Source: an uncultured Clostridia bacterium
Lineage (GTDB): Bacteria > Bacillota > Clostridia > TANB77 > CAG-508
Length of the DNA stretch: 64,000 nt
Assembly (NCBI GenBank): GCA_944386645.1
Contig: CALXBW010000002.1
Location: 8,581-72,580, forward strand
Reading direction: 5' to 3'
This document shows, in pieces, positions 42,225 to 51,841 of this stretch. Position 1 is the first letter of the stretch. Each line of letters opens with the position of its first letter. The position numbers and the translations under genes were made by a program. Below the pieces are notes generated by a model that ran no database searches, was not told where the DNA came from, and saw only the letters and a program-made list of their open reading frames with translations.

Positions 42225-42950
42225 CTATATACAAATTTCTTTTCCTATAATTTCCTCTATTACCAATGAAGAATAACTATTAGGTATTTTATTTCTTCTC
42301 GCTTTCATAATTAAATTAAAGTTCTTATTTTTTTCTTGATACATTCCAATTCCTAAATTATCAAACTTGTTTCTAATAACATTATTAGGTTCTTGTTTTG
42401 TATTAGATAATACATAACACTCAGATGAAAATCGCAAATTATTTATTGCTTGTGTTAAAGCACTATTCCATTGATTTATTTTTGCTTCAACAGTTTCTAT
42501 TTTAGTAATCGCAAAGAAATTTTTTCTATCGCAAATTTTCCATAGTTTATTATTTCTTTCAATCATTTTAGCATCAAGCAATCTAGTAATAGTCTCTAAA
42601 ATTGTACTTTCATTAATACCTAGTTGTCTTTTTAATTGACTATTACTTATACCATTCTTCATATAGATGTGATATAATATTTTTAAATCTTGATTATTTA
42701 GCTTTTTTCTGTTTTCATTCCAATTATCAAAATTTTTTTTATTATATTCAACAAATATAATATCTGGATATGAAGATTCTATTTTTAATTCTTCAAAAAT
42801 TGCCATACTTATATCTTTATTTTTGTTATATTTTTCGAATTTATTTTTTTTATAATTTATAAATCTATTAACCAACTCTAATTCTAAACCTTGAGTTTGA
42901 TTTCTTGTCAAAATATTTGATTTATTATTAAATTCAATAATATCATTCAT
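42225..42950 (-). CDS. Hypothetical protein with predicted winged-helix (MarR-like) segment; first gene of the kinase operon
   Basis: 241 aa; GISNSQLKRQLGINESTILETITRLLDAKMIERN resembles wHTH; AGAGGGA RBS; 13-bp gap to kinase gene. Confidence 0.5.
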   Translation of the reverse strand: MNDIIEFNNKSNILTRNQTQGLELELVNRFINYKKNKFEKYNKNKDISMAIFEELKIESSYPDIIFVEYNKKNFDNWNENRKKLNNQDLKILYHIYMKNGISNSQLKRQLGINESTILETITRLLDAKMIERNNKLWKICDRKNFFAITKIETVEAKINQWNSALTQAINNLRFSSECYVLSNTKQEPNNVIRNKFDNLGIGMYQEKNKNFNLIMKARRNKIPNSYSSLVIEEIIGKEICI

Positions 42951-43147
42951 AATATCCCTCTATTCTTTAGTATAAAATTTATCATAAAAAATAAAAAATT
43001 TCAATATTTCATAAATACTTATCTATTCTTCAAAGTAATTGAATATTGTATAATTAAATGCACGTTGGTAACATAAAAATATAGACACATAATTAAAAAT
43101 CATTTAAAATGTTAGTTGACTAGACTAAACATTGGAGGTTTTTAATT

Positions 43148-43513
43148 ATGTGTCAAGAACAGTATAACACAAAAAGAAAAAAATCTAAACAATTAACTTA
43201 CAAAGATAGAATAAAAATTGAGGCATTGTATAATGAATTGAATTTAACATATACAGAAATAGGAAAAATAATAGGAAAAGACAGAACAACTATCAGTAGA
43301 GAAATAAAATTAGGGTTAATAGAATTAGAAACATCATATTTGCCAGTATGGAAGTATTGTTCAGAAGTAGCGCAAAGAAAAAACGAAGAAAATGAAACAG
43401 CTAAAGGGACAAACTTAAAAATTGGAAAAGATATAAAATTGGCTAATTTTATAGAGAAAGAAATTAAAGAAGGGAAATTTTCACCAGAAGTAATAGAACA
43501 TAAAATAAAATAA
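43148..43513 (+). mobile_element. IS30-family transposase N-terminal fragment (HTH region only; DDE domain missing) - IS remnant/pseudogene
   Basis: 121 aa; LTYKDRIKIEALYNELNLTYTEIGKIIGKDRTTISREIKLG matches the IS30 transposase N-terminal HTH pattern; ORF ends after ~120 aa where full-length enzymes are ~340 aa. Confidence 0.55.
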
Positions 43514-43597
43514 AACAAGGCAAATATTCAACAACGTTGTGTTTTAAAACGATTTACAACTATATAGATAAAGAAGTATAAAAAATTGTCCTCCTTT

Positions 43598-43645
43598 CCA
43601 GAAAGAGAACAATAAACAACTTACAAACTTTTTACAGTTCGTAAG
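43598..43645 (-). terminator. Terminator of tRNA operon (hairpin cttacgaact-gtaaaa-agtttgtaag then T-rich); also right inverted-repeat copy
   Basis: 10-bp stem with 1 mismatch immediately 3' of tRNA-Phe on the minus strand, followed by ttgtttattgttctctttc. Confidence 0.45.
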
Positions 43646-43656
43646 CTGTTAGAATA

Positions 43657-43732
43657 TGGTGGCTTCAAGTGGAATCGAACCACTGACACGGGGATTTTCA
43701 GTCCCCTGCTCTACCAACTGAGCTATGAAGCC
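43657..43732 (-). tRNA. tRNA-Phe (anticodon GAA), CCA encoded
   Basis: rc reads GGCTTCATAGCTCAGTTGGTAGAGCAGGGGACTGAAAATCCCCGTGTCAGTGGTTCGATTCCACTTGAAGCCACCA. Confidence 0.9.
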
Positions 43733-43755
43733 ATGAATTTTCATTATAAAAAAAA

Positions 43756-43832
43756 TGGCGACCCGGAACGGGCTCGAACCGTCGACCTCTAGCGTGACAG
43801 GCTAGCGTTCTAACCAACTGAACTACCGGGCC
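43756..43832 (-). tRNA. tRNA-Asp (anticodon GTC), CCA encoded
   Basis: rc reads GGCCCGGTAGTTCAGTTGGTTAGAACGCTAGCCTGTCACGCTAGAGGTCGACGGTTCGAGCCCGTTCCGGGTCGCCA. Confidence 0.9.
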
Positions 43833-43855
43833 GTATAGGAAATAAAGTAAAAAAA

Positions 43856-43931
43856 TGGTGGGCGCAATAGGGCTCGAACCTATGACCTCCTGCTTGTAAG
43901 GCAGATGCTCTCCCAGCTGAGCTATACGCCC
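43856..43931 (-). tRNA. tRNA-Val (anticodon TAC), CCA encoded
   Basis: rc reads GGGCGTATAGCTCAGCTGGGAGAGCATCTGCCTTACAAGCAGGAGGTCATAGGTTCGAGCCCTATTGCGCCCACCA. Confidence 0.9.
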
Positions 43932-43942
43932 ATCTCTTTGAC

Positions 43943-43978
43943 ATTGACTAGTATACTAAATTTTATTATCGTTGTCAA
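43943..43978 (-). promoter_or_regulatory. Sigma-A promoter of the tRNA-Val-Asp-Phe operon
   Basis: Minus strand TTGACA-N17-TATACT ending ~12 nt upstream of tRNA-Val 5' end. Confidence 0.45.
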
Positions 43979-44043
43979 TAATATTTTTAAAATTTTTTTA
44001 ATTTTTTTACTTATTGAATATTTTTAAGCAATTTCTTCGATGA

Positions 44044-44066
44044 ACGGGCGAACACTGTTCGCCCCT
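44044..44066. repeat. GC-rich hairpin GGGCGAAC-ACTG-TTCGCCC (shares AACAGTGTTCGCC core, in opposite orientation, with 27164-27196)
   Basis: Read directly; no adjacent U-tract; GC island in AT-rich DNA. Confidence 0.4.
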
Positions 44067-44252
44067 ACACTTCTACTACAACTATTTTATTATTTTATAA
44101 AAAGATTAAAAAGTCTAAGGGTGGGGGCAAAAATAAAGTCCACCAAATTGGGTATGACCCAATTTGAATATTATAATTTTATGATAATCAACTACAGTTC
44201 AATAAGTATCTAAATGAAATCCCAATAGTTAATATTATTCATTAATATGCTT

Positions 44253-46019
44253 TTATTTTTCAACATTTTCATCATCATCTATTTTTGTATTTTCTCCATA
44301 TCTTTTAATTTTTTGTGTAGTTGTTTTTTCCAATTCTTTATCAACTATTTTAAACCCTCTTATATGCTTATAATTTGGTATTTTTTTATTAACTGCTTGT
44401 ATAGCATTAGATATAACTTGTTTTATTTGATCTTTTGTTGGAATATCTACCTTTAAAAATTCTTTAATAGCATCCATATTTGGAAATATTTTTGCCTTTA
44501 CAAATGTATCCCCCTTTTTATTGTCTTGTACTCCTACAACTATTGATTCTTGTATAACTGGCTCTTCATTTAAATAGTGTTCCAATTCTTCTGGATATAT
44601 ATTTTTGCCATTTTTTGCTATTATTACACTTTTGCTCCTTCCTGTAATATATAAATATCCATTTTCATCTATTCTACCTAAATCTCCTGTATAAAACCAT
44701 CCGTCCTTCATAACAGCTTTTGTAGCTTCCTCGTCATTATAATATCCAAGCATAACATTTGGACCTTTTACAATTATTTCTCCAACACCTTCACTATTCT
44801 TATCTGCAATTTTATATTCAACATTTGGAATTGGTAAACCAACAGAATCATTTCTTCTATAGAAATCATTATTCCCTGCAACTAAAGGTGAACATTCTGT
44901 TAACCCATAACCTTGTAGAACTCTAATTCCTATTGACTCAAAAACTGCTGATATATCTGGATTCATAGCTGCTGCCCCAACTATAAATGTTTTTAACTTT
45001 CCTCCTAATGTTTTTTTAATCTTTCCTTTAACTATTGGTTTTAAAAAGAATGGTAAAGATTCTATTATATTTTTACCCTTTTCAAAATATTTTGGAGGCA
45101 AAGATTTTTGTAATGTCTTAACAATTTTCTTATATACACTTTCTAATAGCAATGGTACACACAATATTAAATTTGGTTTATATTCTTTCATATTCTTAGC
45201 TATATGCCTTAAACCATCACAAAAAGCAACACATCCACCTGCATAAATAACTAATAAATATCCTAACGTACATTCATAAGTGTGGTGTATAGGAAGTATA
45301 GATAATACTCTTACTCCAAATTTTAAACTTACTGTACCTGATACAGACATTATGTTTGAACATATATTTTTGTGTGATAGCATAACAGCTTTTGAACTTC
45401 CTGTTGTACCAGATGTAAATAATAATATATGCATGTCATTTGGATTTATTTTTATTAATCTAAAACTCTCATCTCCGTCTTCTACAAGCTGTCTTCCTTT
45501 ATCTACAATTTTATTAAAACTATATATTTCTCCTATATTTTCATTATTATCAAAATCTATAAATGTAAATTTCTTTTGATTTATTTTTTCTGTATTTTTT
45601 ATAAGTCTACTTATGTATTTATTATCTCCCAATATAGCACAACTTTCAGAAATATTAATAAAATTAATTATTTCATCAATATTTAATTCTTTATCTAATG
45701 GAACAACAATACCTATTATTGCTGTAGCTAAATATGATACAGCCCATTTATAGCTATTTTTTCCTATAACACATATTTTTTTATCTTTCAGCCCTAATTT
45801 CATCAATTGTGTAGCTAAACTTTCTACATCTTCTTTATACTTTTTATAAGTTATTTCTTTAATTTCTCCATTCTCTTTTACTTTAAATGCTACTTTTTCT
45901 TTATTCTTTTCATAAGTTTTATATAATAAGTCTTTGAAATCTGTTATTTCATATGTTTTCATATATTTTCTTTCTAATTCTTGTACTAATATTGGTTTAT
46001 TTTCCATAGCAACCTCCAT
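44253..46019 (-). CDS. AMP-dependent acyl-CoA synthetase/ligase (long-chain-fatty-acid--CoA ligase-like)
   Basis: 588 aa; AMP-binding motif LLFTSGTTGSSKAVMLSHKN; YTGDLGRIDENGYLYITGRSK. Confidence 0.85.
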   Translation of the reverse strand: MEVAMENKPILVQELERKYMKTYEITDFKDLLYKTYEKNKEKVAFKVKENGEIKEITYKKYKEDVESLATQLMKLGLKDKKICVIGKNSYKWAVSYLATAIIGIVVPLDKELNIDEIINFINISESCAILGDNKYISRLIKNTEKINQKKFTFIDFDNNENIGEIYSFNKIVDKGRQLVEDGDESFRLIKINPNDMHILLFTSGTTGSSKAVMLSHKNICSNIMSVSGTVSLKFGVRVLSILPIHHTYECTLGYLLVIYAGGCVAFCDGLRHIAKNMKEYKPNLILCVPLLLESVYKKIVKTLQKSLPPKYFEKGKNIIESLPFFLKPIVKGKIKKTLGGKLKTFIVGAAAMNPDISAVFESIGIRVLQGYGLTECSPLVAGNNDFYRRNDSVGLPIPNVEYKIADKNSEGVGEIIVKGPNVMLGYYNDEEATKAVMKDGWFYTGDLGRIDENGYLYITGRSKSVIIAKNGKNIYPEELEHYLNEEPVIQESIVVGVQDNKKGDTFVKAKIFPNMDAIKEFLKVDIPTKDQIKQVISNAIQAVNKKIPNYKHIRGFKIVDKELEKTTTQKIKRYGENTKIDDDENVEK

Positions 46020-46058
46020 TCAAGCAATATTTGCTTTTCAACAATAAATTTTCATATA

Positions 46059-47267
46059 TTATTTTAATTCTTCTATAGCTCTTTTTAATTGTGTATCTTG
46101 TTCAAATGGTATATTTAATTCATCTTCTAAATTCTCTGGTAAACTTACTTCTATATCTGGTTCTATGCCTATTTTATTAATCTTACTATTATTTGGTGTA
46201 AAATACTCATTTGTAGTTATTTTTAATCCAGCTCCACTAGATAATGTAAATACATTTTGTATAACACCTTTTCCATATGTTTTTTCTCCAACAATTTTTG
46301 CAACACCATTATCTTTTAAAGCTCCTGCTAATATTTCAGATGCACTTGCTGAATTATTATTTGTTAGCAATATTACTGGAACATCTACTATAGGCTCTTC
46401 TTCAGATTCTGTTATTTCCTCTTTTCCATCTTTATCTTTTGTTATTAATATAGTTTTACCTTTTTCTATCATAGCATCCGCTATTCCAGTTGCTTCTTGT
46501 ACTATTCCTCCAGGATTATTTCTTAAATCTATTATTAATCCTTTTATTCCTTTTTCTTTTAATTCATTATATTTATTTTTAAATTGTTCTGAAGTACCCT
46601 CATCAAAACTGTATATATCCATATACCCTATTTGATTATCTAATACCTCTGTATATATTTGATGTAATTTTATATTTTCTCTTGGCACATCAAATTCTAA
46701 TATTTGATCCCCTCTTTTTATTTTTAATTTTACACTTTTTCCAACTTCACCTTTTATTATATTTGACAAATCTGTTAATGTTGATTCACTTGTTACTTCA
46801 TAATCATCCACCTTTAAAATCTCATCACCTGGTAATAACCCTGCTTTTGCAGCTGGTGAATCTTTTATTGGTGATACTATTACCATTTTATTATCAGTTG
46901 TTTTACCATAATATATACCTATTCCATTATAATTTCCTGTTGTTTCTGCTTCAAAACTTTCCATCTCACTTTTTGGTATATATTCTGAATATTCATCATT
47001 TAAACCATCTACATATCCAACTAATGCAGAATCTAACAATTCCTGTTCATCAAATTCTCCCATATAATATTTATCAATAATTGCTTTTACTTTAGATATT
47101 TCTGATGATACTCCTTTATCAATTGTTGGTAGCATAACATACTTAGTATCTTTATTATTTCCTAAGTAATTATAAATAAATATTGTTGTAGCAATAAATG
47201 TAATAATTGCTACTAAAATAATTAGCATTATTGTTTTATAAATTCTTTGTTTCTTATCGTATTCCAT
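46059..47267 (-). CDS. Carboxyl-terminal processing protease (S41, CtpA/Prc-like) with PDZ domain
   Basis: 402 aa; N-terminal TM; PDZ KAGLLPGDEILKVDD; S41 core ILLTNNNSASASEILAGALKDNGVAKIVGEKTYGKG. Confidence 0.85.
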   Translation of the reverse strand: MEYDKKQRIYKTIMLIILVAIITFIATTIFIYNYLGNNKDTKYVMLPTIDKGVSSEISKVKAIIDKYYMGEFDEQELLDSALVGYVDGLNDEYSEYIPKSEMESFEAETTGNYNGIGIYYGKTTDNKMVIVSPIKDSPAAKAGLLPGDEILKVDDYEVTSESTLTDLSNIIKGEVGKSVKLKIKRGDQILEFDVPRENIKLHQIYTEVLDNQIGYMDIYSFDEGTSEQFKNKYNELKEKGIKGLIIDLRNNPGGIVQEATGIADAMIEKGKTILITKDKDGKEEITESEEEPIVDVPVILLTNNNSASASEILAGALKDNGVAKIVGEKTYGKGVIQNVFTLSSGAGLKITTNEYFTPNNSKINKIGIEPDIEVSLPENLEDELNIPFEQDTQLKRAIEELK

Positions 47268-47576
47268 ATGTCCTCCATTCGAGCTTATGCTCTATAATTT
47301 ATTTAATTTTTGTTAATTATCTTAGGTTTTTATAGATTTCATCTAATACATTATACTACAAATCACCACATATAGTATAGTATTAATAAAAAAATTTCTA
47401 GAAATTTCTAGAAATCTTTAGTACAATTTACAGATTATAATAATAAGATAAAAGAACTATATATTATATAGAATAAATTTTGAATGCCATTGTAAGAATA
47501 CTTAAGTCATTCTATATTTATCATAAAAATTTATAACATATAATATATACTCCTTTTATATGCAAATTGTAATATC

Positions 47577-48770
47577 TTATGGTAGATAAGGTAATGGATT
47601 TACTGACCTACCATTAACTTTAACTTCAAAATGTAAATGTTCTCCTGTTGAATTTCCTGTACTTCCAACTGTCATAATAGCTTGACCTTGTGATACTTCT
47701 TGTCCCTCTGTCACCTTTCTAGAACCAGCCTTACCATGCGCATATAAAGTCATGGTACCATCATGGTGATTAATAACTATATATTCTCCATAACTTCTAT
47801 ATGTACCATTAGGATTTTTCAAGGCTTCTGATATAACAACTGTTCCTGATTTAACAGCTACTATTGTTTTTCCACTTACATTTATATTAACATCAACACC
47901 TGTATGTCCTGGATATGATGGATAATTCTTATTATTTATATTTGCTTTGCTTAATCCTATTATAGGGAAAATATATCCACTCGCACTTGGTGGCGTAGTA
48001 ACTCCTGAAGAACCATTATTTTTTTCTTTTTCCTGTTCAGCTTTAATAATATCTTCTAATCTCTTTTGTATTGCTCTTTTATCTGCTTCAAATTGATCTA
48101 ATTGCTCCTGCAATTCCTTTTCTTTATTTGATAATACACTAACTTGTTTATCTTTTAATGCTTTTTTATCTTCCAATGCTTGCGCTGTTTCTTCTTTATT
48201 TTTCTTTTTTACTTCTACTTGATTTTTAGAATTTTCTAAATTTTGTTTTTTAATTTCTATTTCTTTCTTACTATTTTCTAAATTTGTTAATAATTCAGAA
48301 TCCGATTTTGCAATCTCTGAAATTAAATAGTATCTTGATAAGAAATTTGAAATACTATCTGAATTTAATAATACATCTAGATATGAAGTTTGTCCTGCTT
48401 CATACAAAGCCACTAATCTTTTTTTCATCAATTCATCTTGTTTTTTATACTCCTCTTCAGCTTTTGCTAATTCTTCTTCTTGTACTTCTATCTGACTTGC
48501 TAATTCGTCTAGTTCACTATCTAATTCATCTATTTGGTCTTGATACTCACTAATTTGTTCTGTTATTTTCTGAACTTCTTTCATTCCATCAGATAAATCA
48601 CTTTGAACATCTCCAATTTCTTTTTTTGTATCATCTATTTTACTATCCACATTATTCATTTCTGCATTTACTTCTGATTTAGATTCTGCATATACTAATA
48701 TTGAAGTAGACATTATTGTTAAAATTAAAACAAATACTACTAATATCTTATAAATTTTATTTCTACTCAT
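47577..48770 (-). CDS. Coiled-coil M23 metallopeptidase (EnvC/PcsB-like)
   Basis: 397 aa; long coiled-coil N-terminal half; C-terminal M23 (GHTGVDVN...LYAHG...GEHLHFEVKVNG). Confidence 0.8.
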   Translation of the reverse strand: MSRNKIYKILVVFVLILTIMSTSILVYAESKSEVNAEMNNVDSKIDDTKKEIGDVQSDLSDGMKEVQKITEQISEYQDQIDELDSELDELASQIEVQEEELAKAEEEYKKQDELMKKRLVALYEAGQTSYLDVLLNSDSISNFLSRYYLISEIAKSDSELLTNLENSKKEIEIKKQNLENSKNQVEVKKKNKEETAQALEDKKALKDKQVSVLSNKEKELQEQLDQFEADKRAIQKRLEDIIKAEQEKEKNNGSSGVTTPPSASGYIFPIIGLSKANINNKNYPSYPGHTGVDVNINVSGKTIVAVKSGTVVISEALKNPNGTYRSYGEYIVINHHDGTMTLYAHGKAGSRKVTEGQEVSQGQAIMTVGSTGNSTGEHLHFEVKVNGRSVNPLPYLP

Positions 48771-48787
48771 AATTCCTCCATTTTATA

Positions 48788-50023
48788 CTAATTTGCTTGC
48801 ACAAAATTTAAAGGTTGTACATATTCTCCATTAACTCTTACTTCAAAATGTGCATGCGGACCAGTTGCATATCCAGTCATACCAACTTTTAATATTGGAT
48901 CACCTTGTTTTACCTCTTGCCCTAAAGTTACTAAAATTTCGCTTCCATGTGCATATAATGTTGAAACACCACCTCCATGATCTATTATTACCATATTACC
49001 ATATGCTGTATTATATCCTGCTTTTATTACAACTCCATCATTTGCAGCAATAAAATTTGTTCCTATTGGAGCTCCTATATCCATTCCTGTATGTAATTTA
49101 TATACTCCTGTTATCGGATGTGTCCTCATTCCAAAAGGCGAAGTTATTCTTGTATATCCAGGTACTGGCCAGGCCATAACTCCGCCAATATAGTCTGTAC
49201 CTATATTAGCTGTTGTAAGCATTACTATTTCTTTTTCAATTAATCGCAATTCATTTATAGCTTCTTCAATTTTAGTTTGCAATTCTTGCTCTTTCTGTGT
49301 TAAGTTATTCATATAATTATTTTTCACAATCAGTGTGTTTTCTAGCATAATTTGTATTTTTTCTTCTTCATCTTTTACTTTTTTATATTCTTCCATCTGA
49401 GCATTTAATTTATTTCTTGCTTCTTCTATTTCGTTTTTCTGTTTTTCTACTTCTTCTACTATTTCATTATCATATTTTGCTATTTCAGTTATAAGATAAT
49501 ATCTAGACAAAAAATCTCCTATACTTGTTGAACTTAATAATACATCTAAATATTTGTTATCTCCAATTTCATATAATATTACTAATCTTTCTTCTAACGC
49601 TTTTTTCTTTTCTTCATATTCTTTTTCAACTTTATTTAATTCATCTTGTATAATTTTTATTGATTCAGATAAATTATTAACTTGAATTGAATTCTTATCT
49701 ATTTGTGTTTGATATTCTAATAATTTTTCGTTAAGGCTTTCAATTTCTTTCATATTCTCTGATAAATCATTTTGTATATTTAGTAATTCATTATTTGAAT
49801 CATCTACTTGTCCTTGTAATTCATCATGTGTTTTTTGTAATTCTTCTACATTAGTTTGTCCAGTAGTATTTTCATTTCCTACTGTATTTAATGTATTAGA
49901 ATTATTATTATCTACTGCGTTATTTACTATATTATTTTGTATATCTAACGCTTCTGCTGGGTATGCCATCAATGATATTATCATAATTATAATAATTAAT
50001 ATTAATGAAATGTATTTTTTCAA
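48788..50023 (-). CDS. Coiled-coil M23 metallopeptidase (EnvC/PcsB-like), paralogue of 47577-48770
   Basis: 411 aa; coiled-coil + M23 (HTGMDIGAP...LYAHGSE...GPHAHFEVRVNG). Confidence 0.8.
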   Translation of the reverse strand: MKKYISLILIIIIMIISLMAYPAEALDIQNNIVNNAVDNNNSNTLNTVGNENTTGQTNVEELQKTHDELQGQVDDSNNELLNIQNDLSENMKEIESLNEKLLEYQTQIDKNSIQVNNLSESIKIIQDELNKVEKEYEEKKKALEERLVILYEIGDNKYLDVLLSSTSIGDFLSRYYLITEIAKYDNEIVEEVEKQKNEIEEARNKLNAQMEEYKKVKDEEEKIQIMLENTLIVKNNYMNNLTQKEQELQTKIEEAINELRLIEKEIVMLTTANIGTDYIGGVMAWPVPGYTRITSPFGMRTHPITGVYKLHTGMDIGAPIGTNFIAANDGVVIKAGYNTAYGNMVIIDHGGGVSTLYAHGSEILVTLGQEVKQGDPILKVGMTGYATGPHAHFEVRVNGEYVQPLNFVQAN

Positions 50024-50039
50024 ACTTATACACCCCTTA

Positions 50040-50942
50040 TTAAACTTTTAAATATCTTCTCATTGACATAGCACTTCCTAATATACCTATACCAATTCCC
50101 AATGCAATATATACTACAATTATTAAATTAAACAATTCATTAAAGCTTAATAAATTAAATCCTATTATATTGTTTAATGATGAGCCTATTATTCTATTTG
50201 AAACCATATTATATGCTAATCCTATTAATAAGACTGATATTAATGATGCCACTGTTCCAATTATAATTCCCTCTACTACAAAAGGTGCTCTTATAAAACT
50301 ATTTGTAGCTCCTATGTATTTCATTATTGATATTTCTTTTCTTCTTGCATGAACTGTTAATTTTATTGTATTTCCTATTATAAATATTGATATTAATATT
50401 AATAATATTAGTATAATTGCAGTTATTATATTTATTGTATTTCCTATTGAAACTAATTTTGCACTTGTTTCATCACTACTATTTATATTTTTTACATTAT
50501 CTAGTTTACTAATCTCTTCTTGCACTTGTGAACTTAATGTTAAATCTGTTAATTTAACAATATATGATGGAGGAAATATGTACATTCCATTTAATATATC
50601 TTGATCACTTTTTAATATTTCCTTCATTTGATTTAATGCTTGTTCTTTTGTCTTAAATTGTATTGTATTTACACCATCAATTTCTAATATTTCTTGACCC
50701 AATTTTTCTATTGCTTCATCCGTTGCATCATTTTCTATAAAAACTTCTATTGCTTGAGAAGATTCCACTTGATCGATTGCATTACTTATGTTTTTTCCAA
50801 TTACAAAGAATATTCCAAAAATCAACATTGTAGCACACATTATAGCTAAACATGCAAAAGTTGATTTTTTATTTTTAAAAACATTTCTAAAACCTTCCCC
50901 AATTAGATAACCTAATATATTATATTTCATGATCATAACCAC
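50040..50942 (-). CDS. ftsX: Cell-division ABC transporter permease FtsX
   Basis: 300 aa; FtsX topology and start MKYNILGYLIGEGFRNVFKNKKSTFA; overlaps ftsE. Confidence 0.85.
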   Translation of the reverse strand: MVMIMKYNILGYLIGEGFRNVFKNKKSTFACLAIMCATMLIFGIFFVIGKNISNAIDQVESSQAIEVFIENDATDEAIEKLGQEILEIDGVNTIQFKTKEQALNQMKEILKSDQDILNGMYIFPPSYIVKLTDLTLSSQVQEEISKLDNVKNINSSDETSAKLVSIGNTINIITAIILILLILISIFIIGNTIKLTVHARRKEISIMKYIGATNSFIRAPFVVEGIIIGTVASLISVLLIGLAYNMVSNRIIGSSLNNIIGFNLLSFNELFNLIIVVYIALGIGIGILGSAMSMRRYLKV

Positions 50943-51606
50943 CTTTTCTATTATCTCTAACTATAACACCTTTATGAATTTCTATTACTCTTTTTCTCAT
51001 TCTATCTACTATATCTTTAGCATGTGTAGCTACTACTACAGTGGTTCCTCTCATATTTATATCATTTAATAAATTCATTATATCCCATGCTGTTTCTGGG
51101 TCCAAGTTTCCTGTAGGCTCATCTGCAATTATCATAGATGGATTATTAACTAATGCTCTTGCAAGTGAAACTCTTTGTTGTTCTCCTCCTGAAAGTTCTT
51201 CTGGATACATTTTTGCTTTTGAACTTAATCCTACTAAAGATAAAACCATAGGAACTTGTCTTCTTATATGTCTTGGTGTTGCCCTTACAACATGCATTGC
51301 AAATGCAACATTATCATATACAGTTTTATCAGGTAATAATCTAAAATCTTGGAAAACAACCCCCATACTTCTTCTTAAATATGGAACTCTACTTTGTTTT
51401 AAAAATGTTGTATCTTTGCCATTTATTATTATATTCCCCTTTGTAGGTTCTTCCTCTTTTAGTATCATTTTTATTATTGTTGACTTTCCAGAACCTGATG
51501 CTCCAACTAAAAAAGCAAAATCACCTTTATCTATTTTAAAATTAGCTTGCTTAACTGCAACAGTACCAGTATCATATACCTTTGAAACATTTTTAAATTC
51601 TATCAT
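50920..51606 (-). CDS. ftsE: Cell-division ATP-binding protein FtsE
   Basis: 228 aa; Walker A GASGSGKST; LSGGEQQRVSLARAL; Walker B IADEPTGNLD. Confidence 0.9.
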   Translation of the reverse strand: MIEFKNVSKVYDTGTVAVKQANFKIDKGDFAFLVGASGSGKSTIIKMILKEEEPTKGNIIINGKDTTFLKQSRVPYLRRSMGVVFQDFRLLPDKTVYDNVAFAMHVVRATPRHIRRQVPMVLSLVGLSSKAKMYPEELSGGEQQRVSLARALVNNPSMIIADEPTGNLDPETAWDIMNLLNDINMRGTTVVVATHAKDIVDRMRKRVIEIHKGVIVRDNRKGGYDHEI

Positions 51607-51841
51607 TGTTTTCTCCTTGTATATACATCATATATTTATTATCATTCAACATTATCATAACAATAAAAAAATACATTTGCAATATTTTATATACAAAAAA
51701 ACAATATAAATTTAATTATTTTTCATTAATTTATATTGTTTTTCTTTATTTATCTCTTTTTTGACTTTTTCACACAAAATTCACAATTATCTATATATCA
51801 AAAGTTCAGTAATCAAATGTGATTTTTGTTCTGACTATAAC

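Noticed and set aside
44049-44060. Possible LexA (Cheo) box CGAACACTGTTCG, and TAACAGTGTTC at 27175
   Set aside because: The spacing is GAAC-N3-GTTC rather than the GAAC-N4-GTTC of Firmicutes SOS boxes. The motif is the loop-proximal part of a GC-rich hairpin, and neither site is in a promoter of a DNA-repair gene.
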